Of a DNA stretch of 64,000 bases, positions 29,213 to 37,727 are shown in pieces. The stretch is from Patescibacteria group bacterium. Its GTDB lineage: Bacteria > Patescibacteriota > Minisyncoccia > Portnoybacterales > UBA2143. The translations under genes were made by a program, and so were the position numbers. The stretch is taken from assembly GCA_018830295.1 (NCBI GenBank), contig JAHJSM010000001.1:321980-385979 (forward strand). Direction: 5' to 3'. The notes under the pieces are model-generated. The model saw only the letters and a list, made by a program, of their open reading frames with translations, was not told the DNA's origin and did not search any database. The number at the start of each line of letters is the position of its first letter. Position 1 is the first letter of the stretch.

Positions 29213-29998
29213 CTATAAATCAACAATTTTTTGAATTCTTTCAATTTTATTAGCTTTTCCGTTTTTTCCTGTTCCTATTAAAACAGCGTCCACTTCTACT
29301 GGCCCCTCAGCAACTTCCAATCTTATATTGCCTTGCGTTAAATATCTTTTAATCGCGTCTTCTTTTCTTCTTCCTAAACTTGAGTCCCTTACGCCAACCA
29401 TTCCAACATCGGAGATATAGGCGGTGCCGTTAGGCAGAACTCTTTCGTCGGCGGTCGGAACATGGGTATGCGTTCCCAAGACAGCCGTCACTCGCCCGTC
29501 TAAATACCATCCTAAACAAACCTTTTCGGCTGTCGCTTCAGCGTGCCAGTCAACAATAATAATGTCGGCTTCTTCAGACATCGCTTTTAGGATTTTATCC
29601 GCTTTCCTAAAAGGGTCGTCGTATTGCTGCCGCATAAAGACCCGCCCGATTAAATTAATGACTAAAACCTTTTTAGTCCTTATTTCAATCAAACGATAGC
29701 CCTTTCCAGGCAAACCGGGCGGGAAATTAGCGGGACGAATTAAAGGAATTTTTTTATCTTCCAAAAGACCTGCTATTTCCTTGTGTTTCCAAGTATGGTC
29801 GCCTGAAGTGACTAAGTCAATACCTGCCCCCAAGACCTCTTCTAAACTATTTCGAGTAATCCCCGCGCCGTGAGCCATATTTTCTCCATTGGCGATTATC
29901 AGGTCCGGTTCAAATTCATCGCGCCAAAGCGGAATAACTTTCTTAAGCGCTTCCCGCCCCGGCCGTCCAACAATATCTCCCAAGAATAAGATTTTCAT
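29213..29998 (-). CDS. ymdB: YmdB-family metallophosphoesterase
   Basis: 'ILFLGDIVG.PGR', 'IANGEN', 'HAEATAEK', 'GTHTHVPTAD'; lies downstream of rny. Confidence 0.92.
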   Translation of the reverse strand: MKILFLGDIVGRPGREALKKVIPLWRDEFEPDLIIANGENMAHGAGITRNSLEEVLGAGIDLVTSGDHTWKHKEIAGLLEDKKIPLIRPANFPPGLPGKGYRLIEIRTKKVLVINLIGRVFMRQQYDDPFRKADKILKAMSEEADIIIVDWHAEATAEKVCLGWYLDGRVTAVLGTHTHVPTADERVLPNGTAYISDVGMVGVRDSSLGRRKEDAIKRYLTQGNIRLEVAEGPVEVDAVLIGTGKNGKANKIERIQKIVDL

Positions 29999-30151
29999 AA
30001 TTTTCAATTTCCAATTCTCAAGCAATTTTCAATTTTCAAAATAATATTCTGACTTCTTAATTTCCAAATTTGTTTTTTCTTATTCTTTATCTTATTTGAA
30101 AATTAATTCATTGAAAATTATTTGAAAATTGAAAATTAGAAATTGAAAATT
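29999..30151. repeat. Inverted heptamer-repeat element (AATTTTC)n...(GAAAATT)n
   Basis: Tandem degenerate 7-mers at both ends in opposite orientation filling the rny-ymdB gap. Confidence 0.7.
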
Positions 30152-31684
30152 CTACTTCGCGTATTCCACTGATCTTGTTTCTCTAATCACATTAACTTTA
30201 ATTTCCCCAGGGTACTTTAAGTCATGATGAATCTGTTCAGCGATATTTTTAGCTAACTTGTTCGCCGCGAGGTCGTCTATCTCTTCTGGATTAACGAAAA
30301 CGCGCACTTCTCTTCCGGCTTGGATTGCATAGACCTTTTTAACTCCAGGGAACGCTCCGGCGAGATCTTCCAATTCTTTCAGTCGTTTTAAATACGCCTC
30401 AAGGGTGTCTTTTCTGGCGCCTGGCCTGGCTCCGGAGATGGCGTCGGCGACTTGAACAATGATCGATTCCAAACTGGTGTAAGGATATTCCTCGTGGTGC
30501 GCTTGCATTGCTTCAATCACTTTTTCGTCCACATCAAATTTTTTGAGAATTTTTCTTCCGATCTCAACATGAGAACCCTGAATTTCATGGTCAACCGCTT
30601 TTCCAATATCGTGAAACAAACCCGCTTTTTTAGTCAAATCAACATTGGCGCCCAATTCTGAGGCGATCGCGCCTGCAATATGAGCCACTTCCAATGAGTG
30701 CAAAAGAATATTTTGTCCGTAACTTGTTCTAAATCTAAGCCGTCCTAAAAGTTTAATCAATTGCGGATTAATTCCCGCGACGCCGACATCATAGACAGTC
30801 GCCTCTCCCGCTTCAATAACTTTCTTATTGATTTCCTCCGAAGCGGCTTCTACCATTTCTTCAATGCGGCTTGGTTGAATTCTTCCGTCAAGAATTAGTT
30901 TTTCCAAAGCGATTTTAGCGATTTGACGGCGAACAGGGTCAAAGCCAGAGATGACAATCGCGCCGGGCGTATCATCAACTAAAATTTCCACGCCCGTGAG
31001 TTTTTCCAGCGTCTTAATATTTCGTCCCTCTTTTCCGATAATTCTTCCTTTCAAATCGTCGCTCGGCAAACGAACGGTTGAAGAAGTCGTTTCGCTTGAT
31101 TGCGAAGCGGCGTATCTTTGCATCGCCAAAGCGATGATTTTTTGCGCTTTCTTGTCTAATTCTTCTTTGCCTTCTTTTTCTAATTTACTCAATCGTTCTA
31201 AGAGCGCTTGTTGGTGTTCTTTTTCGGCGACAGCGAGAAGTTCTTCTTTCGCTTGGTCTTGCGAATATTGCGCGATTTTTTCTAACTTCTCTATTTGCTC
31301 TTGGCGTAATACATTGAGCCCTTCTTTAATTTTTTTAACCTTGCGGACTTTTGTTTTTAACTCGTCATATTTTTCCTCAAATTGGACGCCTTTTTGGTCC
31401 AAGTCCTGCTCTTTTCTCAATAACCGCTCTTCCATCCGAGTCAGTTGTTTTTGCCTGTCTCTTTCTTGCGCTTTGATTTCTTCAAGCACTTGGCCCGCTT
31501 TTTCTTTCGCTTGAAGTAGTGTTTCTTTCGCTTCGTCTTTCGCTTCGCTGATTAACTTATTTAGTTTTGACTCAATAGTCCCCGCCTGTTTTTTAGCAAT
31601 GGTCTGTCTGGTGTAATATCCCAAGATTGAGCCAAATGCTAAAGCGCCGATAAGTATAACGGCATCCAAAATTAAATTGTTCAT
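30152..31684 (-). CDS. rny: Ribonuclease Y
   Basis: N-terminal TM, coiled coil, KH domain ('KGRIIGKEGRNI'), HD domain ('HDIGKA', 'ADAISGARPGAR'). Confidence 0.97.
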   Translation of the reverse strand: MNNLILDAVILIGALAFGSILGYYTRQTIAKKQAGTIESKLNKLISEAKDEAKETLLQAKEKAGQVLEEIKAQERDRQKQLTRMEERLLRKEQDLDQKGVQFEEKYDELKTKVRKVKKIKEGLNVLRQEQIEKLEKIAQYSQDQAKEELLAVAEKEHQQALLERLSKLEKEGKEELDKKAQKIIALAMQRYAASQSSETTSSTVRLPSDDLKGRIIGKEGRNIKTLEKLTGVEILVDDTPGAIVISGFDPVRRQIAKIALEKLILDGRIQPSRIEEMVEAASEEINKKVIEAGEATVYDVGVAGINPQLIKLLGRLRFRTSYGQNILLHSLEVAHIAGAIASELGANVDLTKKAGLFHDIGKAVDHEIQGSHVEIGRKILKKFDVDEKVIEAMQAHHEEYPYTSLESIIVQVADAISGARPGARKDTLEAYLKRLKELEDLAGAFPGVKKVYAIQAGREVRVFVNPEEIDDLAANKLAKNIAEQIHHDLKYPGEIKVNVIRETRSVEYAK

Positions 31685-31689
31685 ATATT

Positions 31690-31815
31690 GTTTTCAATTC
31701 AAATTTCATTGCAAGTCCAAATAACCCCGATAAGGGCGATTGGGCTAAAATATTCCGATTAATAATCAAACTTCGCAACATAACCAATGAAAATTTGTAA
31801 TTTAGTTAATGACTT
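31690..31815 (-). ncRNA. Candidate 6S-like RNA or structured rny leader
   Basis: Long irregular hairpin (CAAATTTTCATTG pairs with CAATGAAATTTG; AAGTTT with GGACTT) between a promoter and the rny ATG. Confidence 0.4.
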
Positions 31816-31820
31816 TCAAA

Positions 31821-31849
31821 ATCGTATCAAAGAAAAGCCTAGATGTCAA
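31821..31849 (-). promoter_or_regulatory. Sigma70 promoter of the rny operon
   Basis: TTGACA-17 nt-TACGAT with extended TG on the minus strand. Confidence 0.7.
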
Positions 31850-31861
31850 TTGGGACGGCCA

Positions 31862-32060
31862 AAAAGGTCCGACCTCTCAAGCGCGACCTTAAGAAATGTC
31901 GCTACTTGCGATGTCAGACCTTCTCGGTTCTAAAAGGTTTCTAAAAGGTCAGACCTTTCAAGACAACAACTCGTAACAGTTTATTTTCTCGTGACAAACT
32001 GATGGAAAGGTCTGACCTTTTATTTCTTTCTAAAGGTCGCGCTCATAGGTCGAACCTTTT
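31862..32060. mobile_element. Nested family B element (B2 inside a B1 doublet)
   Basis: Outer AAAAGGTCCGACCT...AGGTCGAACCTTTT with the GCGCGACCTTAAGAAATGTCGCTAC core; inner 31943-32021 has 17-bp IRs and the B2 spacer in reverse orientation. Confidence 0.75.
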
Positions 32061-32068
32061 CTTTTTCA

Positions 32069-32113
32069 ATATTTTAGGGACAGTCCCTGTTGCGGGGACT
32101 GTCCCTAAAATAT
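32069..32113. repeat. Family A palindromic doublet
   Basis: ATATTTTAGGGACAGTCCC-7 nt-GGGACTGTCCCTAAAATAT. Confidence 0.9.
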
Positions 32114-32162
32114 CCCCAAAATAAAAAGAACTGTCCTTTTACAGACAGTCCATTTTATTTAT

Positions 32163-33500
32163 CTATTTTTCTTTTTTCTTAACTTTCTTTTTTTCTTTTT
32201 TATCAGGTGTTTTTTCGCTTTTCTCTGCTTTTTTCTCTTTCTTCTCCTTCATTTCTTTCTTAACTTCTTTTTTAATTACTTTCTTTTTTTTCTTTTCTTC
32301 TTTTTCTTCCTTCGGCTTTTCTTTCTCCGCGGCGACAATATCAATTTTCCATCCCGTTAATTTGGCGGCTAATCGGACATTTTGCCCCTTAACGCCGATT
32401 GCCAAAGAAAGTTGGTCCTCGGGCACAGCCACTTCGGCTTGTCCTTTCTCTTTGTCTATTTTAACATTAACCACTTTAGCAGGAGAAAGCGCGTGGCTTA
32501 TAAACTTAAAAGGGTCTTCCGCCCATTGGACAATATCAATTTTTTCGCCAGATAATTCGTTAATTACGGCTTGGACGCGCGTTCCTTTTTGCCCAATCAT
32601 TGAGCCAATCGGGTCAACTCTCTCTTCCGTTGAAGCAACGGCGATTTTAGTGCGAGAACCCGCTTCTCTCGCGATTGATTTAATCACAACCGTTTCTGCG
32701 GCAATTTCAGGGACTTCAAGCGCGAAAAGTTTGCTCACCATTTTAGGATGCGCTCTTGAAAGAGTTACCATCGGGCCGCGCGAATCCTTGTGCGCTTCAA
32801 CGATATAAACCCTTAATCGCTGGCCAATTCGGTAATATTCGCGAGGGATTTGCTCCTCCGGGAACATTACGCCCGTCGCTTTGCCAATATCCAAAAAGAC
32901 ATTATTATTCTCTATCCTTTGGACAATACCGCTCGCGATGTTTCCTTCTTTGTCTTTGTATTCTTCGTAAATCGCTTCTCTTTCCGCTTCTCTGATGCGC
33001 TGGATAATGACTTGCTTAGCGGTTTGGGCGGCAATCCGTCCAAAATCGCCCGCGACTTCCAAAGGAAATTCAATTTCATCTCCCGGCTTTATTTTCTCTT
33101 TTATTTTTTCGGTTAATTTTTTCCCTTTGAAAATCGGCTTTTCTTTCAAATTAATATCTTTGACTTCTTCAATTAAAATGTGTTTTTCTGGATTAAGTCG
33201 AATTTTTCTCTCGGTTTCCCCTCCTTCGCCTTTAACTTCGTTCCTTTCTTCCGTTTCAATTTCCCCTTCCTCGCCTTCATCTGTCTTTAACATTGACTTA
33301 TCAACAACAAGTTTAATTTGAAAGACCTTCATTTCTTTTTCCAAATTAAAATCAACCCGAATATTCTGGTTTTTGCGGCCATATTCTTTCTTATAGGCGG
33401 CCGCCAAAGCCATTTCCACGGTCTCCATAACCCTTTCTCTGGAAATGCCCTTCTCCTCGCAAATTTGTTCAATTGCTGAAGCAAATGGTTGTTTCTCCAT
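32163..33500 (-). CDS. nusA: Transcription termination/antitermination factor NusA
   Basis: 'FGRIAAQTAKQVI.Q', S1 and KH domains ('AREAG.RTKIAV', 'LSLAIG..GQNVRLA.KLTGW.IDI'); Lys/Glu-rich tail. Confidence 0.97.
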   Translation of the reverse strand: MEKQPFASAIEQICEEKGISRERVMETVEMALAAAYKKEYGRKNQNIRVDFNLEKEMKVFQIKLVVDKSMLKTDEGEEGEIETEERNEVKGEGGETERKIRLNPEKHILIEEVKDINLKEKPIFKGKKLTEKIKEKIKPGDEIEFPLEVAGDFGRIAAQTAKQVIIQRIREAEREAIYEEYKDKEGNIASGIVQRIENNNVFLDIGKATGVMFPEEQIPREYYRIGQRLRVYIVEAHKDSRGPMVTLSRAHPKMVSKLFALEVPEIAAETVVIKSIAREAGSRTKIAVASTEERVDPIGSMIGQKGTRVQAVINELSGEKIDIVQWAEDPFKFISHALSPAKVVNVKIDKEKGQAEVAVPEDQLSLAIGVKGQNVRLAAKLTGWKIDIVAAEKEKPKEEKEEKKKKKVIKKEVKKEMKEKKEKKAEKSEKTPDKKEKKKVKKKEK

Positions 33501-33542
33501 AATAGTAAATATTTGATATTTGGGGGCAGCCCTCGATTAGTT

Positions 33543-33566
33543 AAAAAAATCCGTTTTGAAAAACGG
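33543..33566 (-). terminator. Terminator/attenuator in the nusA leader
   Basis: Minus strand ATCCGTTTT-tc-AAAACGGAT followed by a T-run, between the promoter at ~33601-33630 and the nusA ATG. Confidence 0.55.
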
Positions 33567-33635
33567 ATACTCTCCTCCCACTCCCATCCAAATCATCACT
33601 ATCTTATCACAACTCCAAATCCCTTGTCAAACGAA

Positions 33636-33674
33636 ATTTGGGGACAGTCCCCGCAACAGGGACTGTCCCCAAAT
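33636..33674. repeat. Family A palindromic doublet
   Basis: ATTTGGGGACAGTCCC-7 nt-GGGACTGTCCCCAAAT. Confidence 0.9.
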
Positions 33675-33702
33675 AACCCAAATGCCTTGACCTTTCGCCT
33701 GA

Positions 33703-33803
33703 AAGAAATTAAAGGTCAGACCTCTCAAGCGCGACCTTCGGAAATGTCGCTACTTGCGATGTCAGACCTTCTTGGTTCTTAAAGGTCTGACCTTTAATTT
33801 CTT
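33703..33803. mobile_element. Family B1 MITE-like element with flanking direct repeat
   Basis: Perfect 21-bp TIR AAGAAATTAAAGGTCAGACCT; B1 core inside; CCCAAATGCCTTGACCTTTCGCCT at both 33677-33700 and 33811-33834. Confidence 0.85.
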
Positions 33804-33820
33804 GACTGTCCCCAAATGCC

Positions 33821-33849
33821 TTGACCTTTCGCCTCGTTTTTTATATAAT
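33821..33849 (+). promoter_or_regulatory. Sigma70 promoter
   Basis: TTGACC-17 nt-TATAAT. Confidence 0.7.
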
Positions 33850-33864
33850 TTCAACTAGGAAATC

Positions 33865-33897
33865 GGGGACAGTCCCTCGCCGCGAGGGACTGTCCCC
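33865..33897. repeat. Family A palindromic doublet, identical to 34222-34254
   Basis: GGGGACAGTCCCTCGC-c-GCGAGGGACTGTCCCC. Confidence 0.9.
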
Positions 33898-33941
33898 AAA
33901 CAAACTTAGTTTCTTAACATTCTAAAAAAAGGGGGTGCGGA

Positions 33942-34145
33942 ATGAAATTAAACGAAAGAGATAAAAAAATATTATTAAATGCTTTGAGACATTATTTAGG
34001 GAAGACACTCCGCGTAGATAAGGCCGCTGATGTAATGCGGTTGATGAAAAGAATAGAAGGAAAAGAAGATATACAAAACAAGTTAAGGAATCATCCAGAT
34101 TTCGTTAAAGATTTTAAAAATATTGGCGCGCTTATATTTTCTTAG
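33942..34145 (+). CDS. Small orphan protein (67 aa)
   Basis: Own promoter, SD AAGGGGGTG, terminator AAAACCCTCC/GGAGGGTTTT at ~34182-34208. Confidence 0.65.
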   Translation: MKLNERDKKILLNALRHYLGKTLRVDKAADVMRLMKRIEGKEDIQNKLRNHPDFVKDFKNIGALIFS

Positions 34146-34221
34146 ATGGTTAATAAGCGCAGAGTCCCAAACCTCTAAACAAAAAACCCTCCCAAAAAGG
34201 AGGGTTTTAAATTTGTTTCTT

Positions 34222-34254
34222 GGGGACAGTCCCTCGCCGCGAGGGACTGTCCCC
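34222..34254. repeat. Family A palindromic doublet, identical to 33865-33897
   Basis: Same 33-nt sequence in the same orientation. Confidence 0.9.
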
Positions 34255-34264
34255 GGTATTTCTT

Positions 34265-35158
34265 TCATTCCTTAACATTCCTCAAATACTTATAAACCCC
34301 GGTGGCGGCGACTGCCCCTTCGGCGCAGGCGGTGATAATTTGTTTGAGAGGGTTGTTGGTAATATCCCCTGCCGCGAAAACGCCTGGGACATTGGTTGCT
34401 TGTTCTTTATTGACGGCAATAAAATTATTATCCATTTCTATTTTCAATTCGCCGCATAAATGGACATTTGGCACGCCGCCAACTTCAATAAAAAGTTCGT
34501 TAAGTTTCACTTCGTTCCCGTTATTGAGAATAATTTTCTCAAGCGATTTTTTGCCCTTCGCTTCGGCGACTTGGGCGCAATAAAGAATTTCAATATTCTC
34601 CTTCTTTTCCGCTTTTTTAACCAAACTTGGCGCTCCCCGAAATTCGTCTCGGCGGAGAATTATGTACGCTTTTTTAGCGTAATCAGAGACCTTTAACACA
34701 AGAGTTAACGCGCTGTCTCCTCCTCCAACCACGGCGACAGTTTTGTTTTTTAGCGTGGAAATATCAGGCGCGCAATACGAAATTCCTTTATTTAAAAATT
34801 TATCTTCGTTTTTTATCCCCAACTTTCGCATTTTCATTCCCAATCCCAAAATTAACGATTTGGCTTGATACCTTCCTTTATCGGTTACCACTTCAAAAAT
34901 GGGGGACTTAACCCCACTTTTTGTCAACTTTACAACTTGTTCGTTTTTGGTTTTGGCATTGAAATGTTCGTAAAATTTCTTTGCCAAATCAGGTCCCGAA
35001 ATGGACTTAAATCCCAAATAGTTATCAACAATATGGGCTTCATTGACAGTTCCGCCCTTTATTTGCCCGATAACTAAAAAATTAATCCCATACCTTCGGG
35101 CGTATATCCCAGCTGACAAACCAGCCGGTCCTCCGCCAATGATAATCAAATCATACAT
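34265..35158 (-). CDS. trxB: Thioredoxin reductase-like FAD oxidoreductase
   Basis: 'IIGGGPAG', 'VVGGGDSA', 'GVFAAGD', 'QI.TA..EG..AA'; redox site reads 'SYCAPD' with only one Cys of the usual CxxC. Confidence 0.8.
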   Translation of the reverse strand: MYDLIIIGGGPAGLSAGIYARRYGINFLVIGQIKGGTVNEAHIVDNYLGFKSISGPDLAKKFYEHFNAKTKNEQVVKLTKSGVKSPIFEVVTDKGRYQAKSLILGLGMKMRKLGIKNEDKFLNKGISYCAPDISTLKNKTVAVVGGGDSALTLVLKVSDYAKKAYIILRRDEFRGAPSLVKKAEKKENIEILYCAQVAEAKGKKSLEKIILNNGNEVKLNELFIEVGGVPNVHLCGELKIEMDNNFIAVNKEQATNVPGVFAAGDITNNPLKQIITACAEGAVAATGVYKYLRNVKE

Positions 35159-36293
35159 ATTTTTTAATTTCCGCAGCTATTTTTTTGACGACTCTTTTAT
35201 CAAAGACGGCGGGGATGATTTTGTTTGGATTTGGATTTTTAACCAAATCGGCGAGCGATTGGGCAGCGGCTAATTTCATTTTTTCCGTCACTTTTTTAAC
35301 CCGGGCGTCTAAAAGACCTCGGAATATTCCGGGAAAAGCCAAAACATTATTGATTTGGTTTTTGAAATCGCTTCGACCCGTGGCGATAATGAAAGCGCCC
35401 GCCTTTTTCGCTTCATCAGGCATAATTTCAGGAGTGGGGTTAGCCATGGCGAAGATAATAGATTGAGGCGCCATTTTTGCCGCCCATTCCTTTTTGAGAG
35501 CGCCCGCGACCGAGATTCCGATAAATACATCGCTTCCCTCAATCGCCTCGCTTAAACCGCCTTTTAATCTTTCCAAATTAGTTATTTGAGCCATCTTTTC
35601 TTTTTCCGAGTTTAACCCTTCTCTGCCTTTGTAAATCGCTCCGACGCTGTCAATTAAAATCATATTTTTAAATCCATAAGCCAAGAGGAGTTTCGCGATG
35701 GCAATGCCCGCCGCGCCGGCTCCATTGAGAATAATTTTCGCCTCGCTTATTTTCCTCTTGGTTATTTTACAGGCGTTGATTAAAGCGGCAAGAGAAACAA
35801 TCGCTGTTCCGTGTTGGTCATCGTGAAAAACGGGAATGTCCAACTCCTTAATAAGCCGTTCCTCAATTTCAAAACAATCAGGCGCCTTGATGTCTTCCAG
35901 ATTAATTCCGCCAAATCCGGGCGAAATTAGTTTCACCGTTCTGATAATTTCTTCGTTGTCTAATGTATCCAAACAAATAGGATAAGCGTCAATATTGGCG
36001 AATTTCTTGAACAAAAGGCACTTCCCTTCCATCACGGGCAAAGCGGCTTTGGCGCCAATATTACCCAGTCCCAAAACAGCCGTCCCGTTCGTCACAACCG
36101 CGACGCTATTCCCCTTAATTGTGTATTTATACACATTTTCCGGGTTTTTATGTATCTCCCGACATGGCTCCGCGACGCCAGGAGTATAGGCGATGCTCAA
36201 ATCATCCTTATTCTTCAAAGAAACCTTTGATTTGATTTCCATCTTCCCCTTATTTTTCTCATGCATTTTTAACGATTCTTTGTAATAATTCAT
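35151..36293 (-). CDS. NAD(P)-dependent malic enzyme
   Basis: 'AYTPGVA', 'LPVMEGK', 'INLEDI', 'FHDDQHGTA', 'GAGAAG', '[11 protein letters not shown]'. Confidence 0.93.
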   Translation of the reverse strand: MNYYKESLKMHEKNKGKMEIKSKVSLKNKDDLSIAYTPGVAEPCREIHKNPENVYKYTIKGNSVAVVTNGTAVLGLGNIGAKAALPVMEGKCLLFKKFANIDAYPICLDTLDNEEIIRTVKLISPGFGGINLEDIKAPDCFEIEERLIKELDIPVFHDDQHGTAIVSLAALINACKITKRKISEAKIILNGAGAAGIAIAKLLLAYGFKNMILIDSVGAIYKGREGLNSEKEKMAQITNLERLKGGLSEAIEGSDVFIGISVAGALKKEWAAKMAPQSIIFAMANPTPEIMPDEAKKAGAFIIATGRSDFKNQINNVLAFPGIFRGLLDARVKKVTEKMKLAAAQSLADLVKNPNPNKIIPAVFDKRVVKKIAAEIKKYV

Positions 36294-36308
36294 AATATTT
36301 TTGTTTAG

Positions 36309-36382
36309 TCGGAGCGACAGGATTTGAACCTGCGATCTCGGCGATCCGAACGCCGCGCCTTAAGCCGCTAGGCCACGCTCCG
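36309..36382 (-). tRNA. tRNA-Pro(CGG)
   Basis: Minus-strand cloverleaf, CGGCG-ttCGGat-CGCCG. Confidence 0.95.
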
Positions 36383-36402
36383 TTTTGACTATTGAAAGGC
36401 AA

Positions 36403-36499
36403 AAGAGAAATTAAAGGTCAGACCTTCCCATCAGTTTGTCACTAAACAATAAGCAGTCGCGATAATGTCGTTTTGAAAGGTCTGACCTTTAATTCTCTT
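36403..36499. mobile_element. Family B2 MITE-like element
   Basis: AATTAAAGGTCAGACCTT TIR; spacer CCATCAGTTTGTCAC...GTCGTTTTG shared with the 48408, 31943 and 53904 copies. Confidence 0.85.
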
Positions 36500-36595
36500 G
36501 CTATGTTTCTTTTTTATATCCAAATCTGAATTGCAGCCCCGCAATTCTGCGGGGCACTAATTTTTGAAACCAAATCAGAATTTGGACAAAAATTG

Positions 36596-36666
36596 TGGAC
36601 CCAGCGAGAGTCGAACTCGCGTTTCCGCAATGCGAATGCGGTGTACTGCCACTATACGATGGGCCC
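36596..36666 (-). tRNA. tRNA-Ala(CGC)
   Basis: GGGCCCA/TGGGTCC acceptor stem with G3:U70, CCGCA-ttCGCat-TGCGG. Confidence 0.93.
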
Positions 36667-36674
36667 TGAATCTT

Positions 36675-36708
36675 GGGGACTGTCCCTATAATTATAGGGA
36701 CAGTCCCC
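36675..36708. repeat. Family A doublet forming a perfect 34-bp palindrome
   Basis: GGGGACTGTCCCTATAA|TTATAGGGACAGTCCCC. Confidence 0.9.
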
Positions 36709-36719
36709 GTGTTTTTGGC

Positions 36720-37709
36720 TTATTTTACCACTTTATCAAACAACTGATATAACAACTTGATTCTTGTTTCTTTTTCTTTTCTTGGTCTTTCGGCGGCGCA
36801 GATGTCGGCTAAAATTGCTCCCATTATTCTTTCCGCTAAGCAGGCTTTCATTAAAGAATCAAAATTTTTGATTTTAAGTTTTTGGGCTGTTTTGCTAATC
36901 AGCGCGAGCCATTCATTGACCCCTTTTTCCCAACTGGCAAAATTCATTTTCCAGTTCGCCTCCATGAGCCAGTCCGACCAAATAATAAAAGACAACTCGT
37001 AGCCCTCGGGATACATTTTGTTATGCCCGAAATCAATTAGATAATATCCGCTTTCGCCTTTGAAAATCTTGGTCGGGTTAAAGAGCCCGTGGCAGTAAAT
37101 CATCTTTCTGTTTTTGAATTCTTTTTCAATCAGGTCCAATACTTTAAGATATCGCGGAATAAACTCTTTTGGCTTGATAATGGGCTTTTTGCCTGCCATA
37201 GAGAGTTCGGCTTCTTTGTTATGCGCTAATTGAAACCATCGGGCTATTCTGAAAATATGAAACTTATTCGCGGGTAGATTTTCAGCGAGTTCCAGTTTTC
37301 GTTCTGGCTTGGTTGGGAAATTCTTGCGATATTCCAAATACGCGTTAAGAAATTCTTCTCTTTGCCCGGGGTTAAGCGGTCTTTTGAATGACTCTCGCAA
37401 AGGCAATTTCTCCATTATCAACCATCCTCTGTTTGGCGATTCCATTTGGTAATCGTATACTTCCGCCGCTTTCAGAATATTGCTTTTATTCTGCTTGTTA
37501 AATCTGATTTGCGCGAGTGGCTCATCCGTGATTCTCGGGTCGTCGTAAATTTTCAAAATCGCTGGTTTGTCTTTGTATTCTCCCTCAAAAATCAAATCGC
37601 GGATATTATTTTTGGAATAATAAATTCCCCTTTTGATTTCTTTTTTAGGAATAAAACCCGTTTTTTTGAAAATCTCTTCCGCCCAAATATCTAATTTTGT
37701 TTGTTTCAT
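36720..37709 (-). CDS. Protein-kinase-like/aminoglycoside phosphotransferase-fold protein
   Basis: 'PAILKIY', 'WLIMEKL', 'YCHG.F....I', 'YLIDFG'; the catalytic HGD reads HGL. Confidence 0.6.
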   Translation of the reverse strand: MKQTKLDIWAEEIFKKTGFIPKKEIKRGIYYSKNNIRDLIFEGEYKDKPAILKIYDDPRITDEPLAQIRFNKQNKSNILKAAEVYDYQMESPNRGWLIMEKLPLRESFKRPLNPGQREEFLNAYLEYRKNFPTKPERKLELAENLPANKFHIFRIARWFQLAHNKEAELSMAGKKPIIKPKEFIPRYLKVLDLIEKEFKNRKMIYCHGLFNPTKIFKGESGYYLIDFGHNKMYPEGYELSFIIWSDWLMEANWKMNFASWEKGVNEWLALISKTAQKLKIKNFDSLMKACLAERIMGAILADICAAERPRKEKETRIKLLYQLFDKVVK

Positions 37710-37727
37710 ATTACCTCCTTTTTTGGC

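Noticed and set aside
32163-32330. Low-complexity T/C-rich tract
   Set aside because: It simply encodes the Lys/Glu-rich NusA tail.
33489-33782. 97-aa ORF, and similar ORFs at 34083-34268, 34220-34459, 50330-50671, 15827-16093 and 17225-17665
   Set aside because: They read through palindromic repeats or lie antisense to real genes; GTVP/GLSP/GQSP peptides come from the repeats.
36519-36586. GCCCCGCA/TGCGGGGC hairpin within a larger imperfect inverted repeat, and a similar hairpin at 59477-59496
   Set aside because: Single occurrences in tRNA spacers, explainable as terminator or processing stems; too little evidence here to call another repeat family.
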